Below, one piece after another: positions 9,469 to 18,100 of a stretch of 32,000 bases of DNA. This DNA is from Candidatus Iainarchaeum sp. (GTDB lineage: Archaea; Iainarchaeota; Iainarchaeia; Iainarchaeales; GCA-2688035). Every line of letters starts with the position of its first letter. Position 1 is the stretch's first letter. The DNA is taken from contig JAQTNI010000006.1 in assembly GCA_028713935.1 (NCBI GenBank), forward strand, positions 5,890 through 37,889, given 5' to 3'. Under the pieces are notes generated by a model, which was not told where the DNA came from, ran no database searches, and saw nothing but the letters and a program-made list of their open reading frames with translations. The position numbers were made by a program, and so were the translations under genes.

Positions 9469-11133
9469 ATGTTTTCCAAAAATAAATGCAAGGCAGGCAT
9501 AATGCTGCTGGCATTCCTTTTTTTTGCTGCAAGCGTTATGGCGGCCTGCGGCAATGGAAGCTGTGAAACAGGCGAGGATTATTCAAATTGCCCAAGTGAT
9601 TGCCAAAACCCGAATTATGATCTTGTAATCGATTCTCCCGCTGCGTCTTCTTCTTTTCTGCGCGGCGATACTATTGTAATAACCGCACATATTTTTGACA
9701 GGCAAAAAAATGTTTTGCTGACTGATTATTTCACTGCAAGGGGTTTCTTCGGGAGCCTGCAATTGTACGATGACGGGGACCACAATGACGGCAGGTGGAA
9801 AGACGGAATTTTTGGAAATTACTCCAGGATACACACAGACCAAAACAGGGGAATTGCCCTGATTTCAATTGCAGCGGGAATAGGAAAAACCTATTTGCTG
9901 AAAAAAATAAGCATTGAAATCAAGCCGGAACTCACAACAAGCCTTAAGACAGACAAGGAAATTTATTATTTGGGCGACGAGGTTATTTTTACAGGAACAG
10001 TTGCACGGCACAATGTTCCCCTGGAAAAAGAATTTGATTTGGCTGTTTCGGATCCAAAAAACAAGGAATACAAAATTCCAGTGAAAACAAATGCCGAAGG
10101 AATTTTTATTGCAAAACTGCACACTTCCATGATTGATTCTGCGGGAACATGGAATGCAAAATTTTATTTTCTTGACGATTTGAACAACACTGCAAAAAGC
10201 GAGTCAGGCTTCCAGGTAAAAAATCCCGAGGCAAAATCACTGCTCAGCATCCAAATGGTTGAACCGCCGTCATTGTTTTACAGGAGAGGCAATGACCTGC
10301 TTTTGCTGATAAAAATTTCCGATGACCTTGGGAATGAAATCAGCGATGCGAATATAGAGCTTATTTCCCCGCTTGGAACGAAAACGCCTTTTGAAAAAAG
10401 CGATTCCAACCAGTTCTTTGTGGCAATAAAGGTGCCAGTGTCAATGCCAATGGGCAAGCAGAGCTTTTTAATAAATGCAAAAGCGATTTCGGAAAATGTC
10501 TGGAAAAGCGGCGACCTGAATATCCAGCTTAACATAAAGGATATTGGAATAAAAACAGAGCTTTTGTCGCCAATGTCAAATCAGATTCAGGTTGGCGAAA
10601 CAGCAAATTTCAGCGTAAGAATGTATTACGAAAACGGCGAGCCCCTTTACACAAAAGTAGTGCCTGCAAAAATAAATGGAAAAGACATTGTGCTTGAGTA
10701 TAAAGAAACCGGTGTTTATTCCGGCAAATATTACATAGAACCAGGTGATTCAAAAGTTGACTTTGCAATAGATTTTACTGACGAATTTGGGAACAAAGGC
10801 GCTTTTTCAGCGGAATTAAGCGTTGAAGGCACATCAATACAGTATTATTTAAAGGAATATTTTTACATTATCCTTGCAATCATTGCAATTGGAGCAATAT
10901 TGCTCTGGTTCCTGAGAATGCGCATAAAGTACAATCTTGAAGTTTCAAGGCTTAGGAAAAAAATTGCCTTATACGAAGAATTAATGGAAAAAGCTGACAG
11001 GGATTTTGTGGAAGGCATTATTACCAGGGATGAATTCAACAGAATCACTACAAAGTACACTGCGGAACTGGCTGTCGCAAAAAGCAAAATTGTGGAATTG
11101 GAGGCGCGCGGGCATGGAAAAAAACAGCAGTAG
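9469..11133 (+). CDS. Secreted, membrane-anchored surface protein: signal peptide, Cys-rich CGNGSCE..CPSDC module, Ig/MG-like beta-rich ectodomain, one C-terminal TM, helical cytoplasmic tail
   Basis: N-terminal MFSKNKCKAGIMLLAFLFFAASVMAA, TM helix YFYIILAIIAIGAILLWFL, charged tail. TATA-like tttttattt at 9439-9447, about 25 nt before the ATG. Confidence 0.8.
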   Translation: MFSKNKCKAGIMLLAFLFFAASVMAACGNGSCETGEDYSNCPSDCQNPNYDLVIDSPAASSSFLRGDTIVITAHIFDRQKNVLLTDYFTARGFFGSLQLYDDGDHNDGRWKDGIFGNYSRIHTDQNRGIALISIAAGIGKTYLLKKISIEIKPELTTSLKTDKEIYYLGDEVIFTGTVARHNVPLEKEFDLAVSDPKNKEYKIPVKTNAEGIFIAKLHTSMIDSAGTWNAKFYFLDDLNNTAKSESGFQVKNPEAKSLLSIQMVEPPSLFYRRGNDLLLLIKISDDLGNEISDANIELISPLGTKTPFEKSDSNQFFVAIKVPVSMPMGKQSFLINAKAISENVWKSGDLNIQLNIKDIGIKTELLSPMSNQIQVGETANFSVRMYYENGEPLYTKVVPAKINGKDIVLEYKETGVYSGKYYIEPGDSKVDFAIDFTDEFGNKGAFSAELSVEGTSIQYYLKEYFYIILAIIAIGAILLWFLRMRIKYNLEVSRLRKKIALYEELMEKADRDFVEGIITRDEFNRITTKYTAELAVAKSKIVELEARGHGKKQQ

Positions 11134-12313
11134 CTTTCTCGCCCTGGCTTTTCTTGCATGGCTTGCAATTATGCTGCCATATGCCTCTGCAATAAACATT
11201 GAGGCACAGCAAAATATTGAAAAAGGCAAAACCCTGAAAATAATTGGCAATGCAAATTTTGGAAAAGTTACAATAAAAATCCTTTTTTCAGGCAGCACTG
11301 TAAAGGAAACAGAACTGGAAACTGAAAGCGATGGCAATTTTTCATTTGATTACAATGTCGCCTTTAATGACCCAAGCGGAACCTGGAGAATAATTGCAAT
11401 ACAAGGCGAAGACAGGAACACTGCTTTTTCCAGAATAAAAAATTCCAACGAATCAGCTTTTTTGTTCATCAAGTTTTTCAGCCCTTCAAAGCAAAACTTT
11501 ACTGCAACTGAAAACATTTTTTTCAGCGTAAGAATCACGGATTCCGGAAAGCTTGTTGAAAGAGCAGTGACTTATGCCTGGTTTCCGCAACTTGGCAAAA
11601 CCCCCCTCCAGGAAAGCGAAAAAGGAGTGTATTCGGGAGAACTGCAAATTCCCGCAATTTTGCAGGGCGGGGACTATAATGTAATTGTAACATCGGAAAA
11701 AGTATCATCAAAAGAAGAAAAAGCAGGCGGGGAAAATGTTTTGCAAATAAGCATTGCAAAACCGGAATTAATCATAACACTGCTGAAACCCACCCTTTAC
11801 GAGGCAAAAATTGCAAAGCCAATTGAAATCGTTGCAGTGCCTTCCTACAGCACAGGCATTGTTCCAGAAGAAGCGCAAATCACTGCAGAAATAAATGGCA
11901 AAAAAATAAATCTTGAAAAAACCGCAGAGGGCTTTTCAGCAACATATGTGCCGAGTGAACAGGACGGCAGCCTTCTAAACATCAAAATCATCGGATATGA
12001 TTCCTTTGGCAATTCCGGAAAAAAAGAATTTTCAATGAAAATAACAGGCTTTGAAGAAAATTTTTTGGAAAAAAACTGGTTGTTTTTCATAATCTGCATT
12101 GCACTTGCAATAGCGGCAATTGCAGCAGGAGCCTGGTTTTTCAGGAACAGGAATGCAACAAGGCAGACTGAGCAGAAAAAAAAGGAAATTGAAACAAAAA
12201 TGAAAAAAGTTGAGGAAAGCTTTTACAAGCGGCCAACAGTGGACAGAAAAACTTTTGACGAGGTCCTGTCAAAATACAGGGAAGACCTCAATGACCTTAA
12301 AGGTAAAGAATAA
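11114..12313 (+). CDS. Paralogous surface protein with the same architecture: signal peptide, beta-rich ectodomain, TM, helical tail
   Basis: MEKNSSSFLALAFLAWLAIMLPYASA signal. GGAGG at 11100-11104 lies 9 nt before ATG 11114. Overlaps the upstream gene by 20 nt. Membrane-proximal domain and tail align with the upstream protein. The part of the ORF upstream of 11114 lies inside the previous gene. Confidence 0.8.
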   Translation: MEKNSSSFLALAFLAWLAIMLPYASAINIEAQQNIEKGKTLKIIGNANFGKVTIKILFSGSTVKETELETESDGNFSFDYNVAFNDPSGTWRIIAIQGEDRNTAFSRIKNSNESAFLFIKFFSPSKQNFTATENIFFSVRITDSGKLVERAVTYAWFPQLGKTPLQESEKGVYSGELQIPAILQGGDYNVIVTSEKVSSKEEKAGGENVLQISIAKPELIITLLKPTLYEAKIAKPIEIVAVPSYSTGIVPEEAQITAEINGKKINLEKTAEGFSATYVPSEQDGSLLNIKIIGYDSFGNSGKKEFSMKITGFEENFLEKNWLFFIICIALAIAAIAAGAWFFRNRNATRQTEQKKKEIETKMKKVEESFYKRPTVDRKTFDEVLSKYREDLNDLKGKE

Positions 12314-12380
12314 AAACATTGAAATCCAACATAATACTAATTGTTTTTGCCAATGCTGAAAATCAAAAAAAAGTGTTTTT

Positions 12381-13130
12381 ATGCAAAAAACAGAGAAAAG
12401 AGAAGTAGTTCCCCTCATGGTTTCTGATTTTGACAAGCTTATTGAAAGAGGCGGGGTAAAACGCGGCGACAACATACTGATTTCCGGCGGGACAGGGACA
12501 GGAAAAACCACTTTCTGCATGCAGTCAATACTCAGCGGCGCAATAAAGGGAGAAAAATGTGTTTACCTTACTTTTGAAGAAAGCGTTGAAAAAATAAGGG
12601 AAAATCTCAGCGAAAATTTTGGCTGGAACATTGCGGAACTTGAAAAAAAATGCTGCCTTACAATAACCAAGCTCGACGGCCTGAAAATAGCAAGGCTAGT
12701 GGAAGTTGCACTGAAAAAAAAATCAGATTCAATGAACATTGACGACAACAGCTTCAGCTTTCCATTCAAGCCAGACAGGATTGTAATAGATTCCCTCAGC
12801 GCATTAAGCATTGCGTTTTCAAACGATGAAGAAGCATACAGGAGATACCTGCAGTATCTTTTTGACAAGCTCGCCGGCTTCAATTCAGTAAACCTCATTG
12901 TCACTGAAACAACACAGAACCCGGAAATTTACAGCAGAGAAGGAATAGAAGAATTTCTCGCTGACGGCGTAATAGTGTTATACAACATAAAAGCGCCCGG
13001 AGGCCAGAGATACAATGCGCTTGAAATACTAAAGCTGAGATGCTCTGCACACATCAAAAAACTCGTTCCCTACCAGATACAAACAGGCAAGGGAATAATA
13101 GTGCTGCCAAAACAAAACCTGTTTTCTTAA
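12381..13130 (+). CDS. Single-domain KaiC/RecA-superfamily ATPase
   Basis: Walker A ISGGTGTGKTTF, Walker B-like DRIVIDSLSAL, ~250 aa as in archaeal KaiC-like/RadB/ArlH-type proteins. The subfamily cannot be assigned by eye. Confidence 0.85.
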   Translation: MQKTEKREVVPLMVSDFDKLIERGGVKRGDNILISGGTGTGKTTFCMQSILSGAIKGEKCVYLTFEESVEKIRENLSENFGWNIAELEKKCCLTITKLDGLKIARLVEVALKKKSDSMNIDDNSFSFPFKPDRIVIDSLSALSIAFSNDEEAYRRYLQYLFDKLAGFNSVNLIVTETTQNPEIYSREGIEEFLADGVIVLYNIKAPGGQRYNALEILKLRCSAHIKKLVPYQIQTGKGIIVLPKQNLFS

Positions 13131-13168
13131 AGCATGCAAAATTAAATTACTTGCACTGTTTCTTTATT

Positions 13169-13588
13169 ATGCAAAAATTCGTTTTTTTGGAGCACACTGC
13201 TGACGCAAAATTCCGGGCATTCGGAAAAACAATCGAGGAATGCTTTGCAAATTCAGCACTGGCAATGAACTCAGTGGAATGCAACACAAAAAAAGTTTCA
13301 GCAAAACAAAAGCTCTCAATGGAAATTTCAGCGCCAAACCCGGAAGAATTGCTGCACAAGTTTCTGGAAGAAACCCTTTTCCAGATGGAAACAAAAGAAA
13401 TGCTTTTTTCAAAATTCAAAATAAAAATTTCCAAGGAACAAACTTCCCTCAAAGCAGAATTGTTTGGCGAGCCAATTGACAAAAAAAAGCATGAATTAAA
13501 GACACTGATAAAAGCAGTGACCTGGAACAATTTCTATTTAAAAAAAGAAAAAGGTGCTTGGATTGCGCAGGCTGTCTGCGACACCTGA
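13169..13588 (+). CDS. Archease (RtcB activator)
   Basis: N-terminal FLEHTADAKFRAFG motif, ~139 aa, directly upstream of rtcB. The ORF portion upstream of 13169 overlaps the KaiC-like gene. Confidence 0.9.
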   Translation: MQKFVFLEHTADAKFRAFGKTIEECFANSALAMNSVECNTKKVSAKQKLSMEISAPNPEELLHKFLEETLFQMETKEMLFSKFKIKISKEQTSLKAELFGEPIDKKKHELKTLIKAVTWNNFYLKKEKGAWIAQAVCDT

Positions 13589-13646
13589 TTGGTTTGAACA
13601 ATCCACAATAAAATAATTGCGGGGCAATATTTTTATGGTGGGAAAA

Positions 13647-15071
13647 ATGCAGAAAATCCGTGAAGGAGTTTATGAAATCCCAAAAGAAGGGGAAATGAGA
13701 GTCCCTGCCAGAATTTATGCTTCGGAAAAAATTCTTGGCAAAATTGAGCAAGAGGCTTTTCAGCAATTAAAAAATTCTGCTGTCCTGCCGGGAATACAAA
13801 AATATGCAATTGGAATGCCGGACATGCACACGGGCTATGGGCCTCCAATTGGAGGAGTGGGAGCATTTGAAAAAGAAACAGGCGTAATAAGCCCTGGATT
13901 TGTCGGATTTGACATTTCCTGTTCAGTGCGCTTAATCCGCACAAATCTTGAAGCAAAAGAAATAAAGCCAAAATTAAAAGAATTGATTGAGGTTTTGTTC
14001 GAACTGATTCCTGCAGGGGTTGGGGAAAAAGGAAAAATAAGGCTGGGAAAAGACGAACTTGGAGAATTGTTTGCAAGCGGAGCTGCTTATTCTGTAAAAA
14101 AAGGCTATGGCTGGAAAACGGATTTGGAAAGGACAGAAGAAAACGGAAAAATGAAAAATGCCAATCCTGCAAAAGTTTCTGAAAAGGCTTTTCAAAGAGG
14201 CCTGAACCAGTCAGGCACATTGGGAAGCGGCAACCATTTCCTGGAAATACAGGAAGTAAAAGAAATTTTTGATTCAGAAACAGCAAAAAAATTCGGCTTG
14301 TTCAAAGGCCAGGCAGTAATAATGCTGCACTCTGGCAGCAGGGGAGCAGGGCACCAGATTGCAACAGATTATATCGACAAAATGCTCCAGGCAATGGAAA
14401 AATACAAAATAAAAGTTCCCGACAGGCAGCTGGCGTGCACCCCAATAAATTCAGAGGAAGGCCAGGATTATCTGCAGGCAATGAACTGCGGAGTGAATTA
14501 TGCCCTGGCAAACCACCAAGCAATGACTCATTGGACAAGAGAAGGATTTGAAAAAGTATTCAAGCAAAAAGCAGAAGACTTAGGAATGAATGTTGTTTAC
14601 ACTGTGTGCCACAACATAGCAAAACTGGAAAAGCACGAAATAAACGGAAAACAAAAAGAATTGTTGGTGCACAGGAAAGGCGCAACAAGAGCAATGCCTG
14701 CAGGAAGAACAGAAAACCCAAAAGTATACATAACCACGGGGCATCCTGTAATTATTCCCGGTTCAATGGGCACTTCAAGCTATGTTCTTGTCGGAACAGA
14801 AACTGCCTTGAAGGAAACTTTTGCTTCTGTCTGCCATGGTGCTGGAAGGGCAATGTCAAGGCATGCCGCAATGCAGCGGAAAAGAGGCGAAGAAGTAAAA
14901 AAAGAGCTTGAGCTTAAAGGCCAGGTTGTAAAAGGCGCTTCATGGGAGGGGCTGGCTGAAGAGGCGCCTGAAGCATACAAGGACATTGATGAGGTAATAG
15001 CTGCAGTTGAATTAAGCGGCTTGTGCAAAAAAATTTCAAGGCATTTTCCAATGGCAGTAATGAAAGGATAG
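13647..15071 (+). CDS. rtcB: RNA-splicing ligase RtcB
   Basis: GFDISCSVRL, LGSGNHFLEIQ, PGSMGTSSY and SVCHGAGRAMSR (active-site His). GGTGG at 13637-13641 precedes ATG 13647 (alternative ATG at 13635). Length is normal, so there is no intein. Confidence 0.95.
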   Translation: MQKIREGVYEIPKEGEMRVPARIYASEKILGKIEQEAFQQLKNSAVLPGIQKYAIGMPDMHTGYGPPIGGVGAFEKETGVISPGFVGFDISCSVRLIRTNLEAKEIKPKLKELIEVLFELIPAGVGEKGKIRLGKDELGELFASGAAYSVKKGYGWKTDLERTEENGKMKNANPAKVSEKAFQRGLNQSGTLGSGNHFLEIQEVKEIFDSETAKKFGLFKGQAVIMLHSGSRGAGHQIATDYIDKMLQAMEKYKIKVPDRQLACTPINSEEGQDYLQAMNCGVNYALANHQAMTHWTREGFEKVFKQKAEDLGMNVVYTVCHNIAKLEKHEINGKQKELLVHRKGATRAMPAGRTENPKVYITTGHPVIIPGSMGTSSYVLVGTETALKETFASVCHGAGRAMSRHAAMQRKRGEEVKKELELKGQVVKGASWEGLAEEAPEAYKDIDEVIAAVELSGLCKKISRHFPMAVMKG

Positions 15072-15072
15072 C

Positions 15073-15080
15073 TTTAAATA
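15073..15080 (+). promoter_or_regulatory. TATA-box-like element for the 1024-aa gene; suggests a leaderless or near-leaderless mRNA
   Basis: TTTAAATA is centred ~28 nt upstream of ATG 15105, with no Shine-Dalgarno in between. Confidence 0.45.
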
Positions 15081-15104
15081 TTTCGAGAAAGTAATAGTTA
15101 GCGT

Positions 15105-18100
15105 ATGTTCAGAAGGAATAGCAAAACTTTTCTCTTTTTTTTAATAGCCGCGTTGCTTGCCTTGCTTTTTCTTGGCGGCTGTGTAAGCGTTGAAACTGCA
15201 AAGTTCAATGAAAAGGTCTGCAACAAATTTGACGAGCTTGCAAAAGTAAATTCCGGAGTTGTCTGCGCAAAATGGCTCGTGGAAAATTTTTCTTCGGAAA
15301 TTGATGAACTTGGCCAGGCAAACCCTGAAATGAAGCAAAACCTCTCGTCATATGCTGAAAGCGATGCAAGAATAAGGTATTTTTGCCAACCAGGCAGGTA
15401 TCAGGACGGAGTACAATTAACTCTTGAGGAAAACTGCGGAGAACTCGGGCTTGCCTGCGATGCATTGACAGCGGATTCACCTGGCTTGGCGCATTGCAAA
15501 CAGCCGGAATGCGGAAACAGCAAATGCGAAACCAGCGAAAACAATGAAAATTGCCCAGCGGATTGTCCAAAAATTGAAGTTTGCAACAATGATGGGGCCT
15601 GTACTGAAGGAGAAACCCTTGAAAACTGCCCAGCAGACTGCGAAACTGCAACAGAACAACCACCTGTTTCACAGGGAACAAACACCTGTGTTTCAATCAC
15701 AGGGGATAAAGGCTCTACTGGAAAAGATGCCTTGCCAAAAGTGCGTTTTTACTGGGGCTGGGGAGACAATGAAAACGAATTGCCTTTGAATGCCTGTGAA
15801 AATATTTATTGTGATCCTGCCCAGTTTTCAATTGTTTTAATGAAAAAAATAAAGCAAATAAATGATGCGGGAGAAAGCTATTTCACTAATCCGCAGCAAT
15901 ATGAAAACATAACAAAATTCAATGTAAATTTGATTGGGGATAATTATAATGAAAACTTTTTGAAGGACTTCGCAAATGACCAGGGGCTCTTGGAAGCGCC
16001 TGGCTGGTTTAGTTCTGCAACAACGCCATTCAACAAATATTTGCTGAATGCCGGGGCAATGAATTTTAACCAGGCAAAAATAGAAAGCGGCAAATACTCA
16101 GTGGAAATAATTGCAAACCTTGGCTTGTATGCGCGGCAGCGAGGGCTCAAGCAATTGTTTTATAATTCAGAGCCAAATGCAACAATAAGAATAAATCTTA
16201 CAAAAATTTCTTCTGCAGAAAACAATCCGTTTTATTTCCTGCCAATTAACGGCGGGATTGGCTTGTCGGGAGGCAGAAATGGCTATGGAACCAAATTTGT
16301 CCCGAGTTCCAGTGAAAAAATCTTGATCACTACAAATGTTTTTGCTGAAAGCCCTTCGGGCGCAAAAACAGTGCAAACAAATTTCAGCAATAATGATTTT
16401 GAAAAAATGAACACTGCAAATACAAGAAGCGTTGTTTTTGCATTAAGCAACAAAGCGGAAACAATGGATTTTTATTCAAGCTCGCCAGTGCAGGTTCTGG
16501 GAATTTTTGACCCTGCAAATGCAGCAAACGGCTTGTCATACCAATTGCTCAGCAGCAGCGGGGAATTAGAGCCAACTACTGGCAGTGCGACAACCTGGAA
16601 AGCATTTGCCTCGGAAAGCGATTGCAAAGATTCTCAGGGAGGTCCTTTGCCGCACTATGATTCCGATGAAAAACAGCCGAACTGTGATTTGGGAACGGGA
16701 AAATCATTTTTGGTGAAAAAAGGCACTGGAACTTACAAGACATTTTACAGCACAATATTTTATGTTCCACAAAACATGGAATTGTCCCTGAAAACCTGTT
16801 CAAACGGAAGCATTTTTGCAACAAAAAATGCAGCTGCGAATGAAACACAAACAATTGCACTGGAAAAAAACCCTCAGGACACGCTTGTTTCCATCCAAAG
16901 CATTTTCAGCCTGGTTGAAGAAAAAAAAATCTGTGTTGTGACAAAAAACGGCGCAACAAAGTTTTTCTGGAATGAAAGAAAATTGCCCGAAGAAATACAG
17001 GCAAAAGCAACAGAATTCACAACCGCAACATTGGCAAGCTGCACAGGCAGTGAAGCGCCGGAACCTGGACAGCCAGAATGCGATGTCAAAAACATTAATG
17101 ATTTCACTGCAACTAAAGCAACAGCCTTGTCTGAGGAATTAAGCCAAAAAGTCTTGGAATTTTTGCTTGAAGGCAGCAGGAACAGGAGCCTGGCAATAAC
17201 TCTTTTAACAGGGCAATACACTGCAGGGATTCCTGAAGAAACACAGCAGGAAACAATAAACTACCTGCTTTCTGCAAGCAGCCAGCATTATAACCCGGGA
17301 TTGGCAAGAAACCTTGCAATAGAATTCAATCCAGGCAAAGATTATGGGGCTTGTGATACAAGAAAAGAAAATCCAAAGCCAAGTTCTGAATGCGGGGAAA
17401 CAGTAAGAAACATTTTTGAGCCAAGCGCAGAGCCGATTGTGTTAAGCCAAGGCTTGTTTGATGAAATATTCAATTATTTAACTGAAGGTGCAAGAAACAA
17501 GGGCACTGCAAAAGAATTTGCAGTTGGGCAACTGCAATACAAAGAGCTAAGCACTGATTTCCAAACAAGCCTTGTGGATTATATTAAGAGCCGCGACAAC
17601 TGGCTTGCTTTAAAAGTTGCAAAAGAATTAATGTGCGGAGCAGCTACTACCCCAGAAGACACTGGAAGAACAGAACCAACAGACACTGAAGAAACCACGC
17701 CAACTGAAACCCAGATTTGCACTCCTGCAGCCAAAGAATGCCAGGAAAGTACACTTAGACAATGCAAGGAAGATGGTTCTGGATGGGCTGAAACACAATG
17801 CCCAAACGGATGCCAAAATGAACAATGCCTGGAATGCATTCCAAATACAATTGTTTGCACTGATACACTGAACAACAAATTCAATCAATGCAATGCAGAA
17901 GGGACTGCGTGGAGTGAAGAGCAAAAATGCGGTGATATTCTCGCAAACAGTTCCTGTGCAATAAATGCAGATGGCATTCAGGGCTGTTATTTGACAGAAT
18001 GCAAGGAAGATGAAAAAGTTTCCGGCGGAGAAACAGGCATTGAAGCATGCTCCAAAAAAGGATACGATTTATGCAAAGAAGCAAAAGCCTGGGAATGGTT

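Noticed and set aside
13647-15071. Inteins in RtcB, aEF-2 or the RNA polymerase subunits
   Set aside because: Protein lengths are normal, and the conserved motifs are contiguous with no inserted block.
15105-15185. Twin-arginine (Tat) signal in the 1024-aa protein (MFRRNSK..FL)
   Set aside because: Only the RR is present, and the spacing to FL does not match S/T-R-R-x-F-L-K. It is noted as a Sec/lipobox-type signal instead. A predictor would be needed to settle this.
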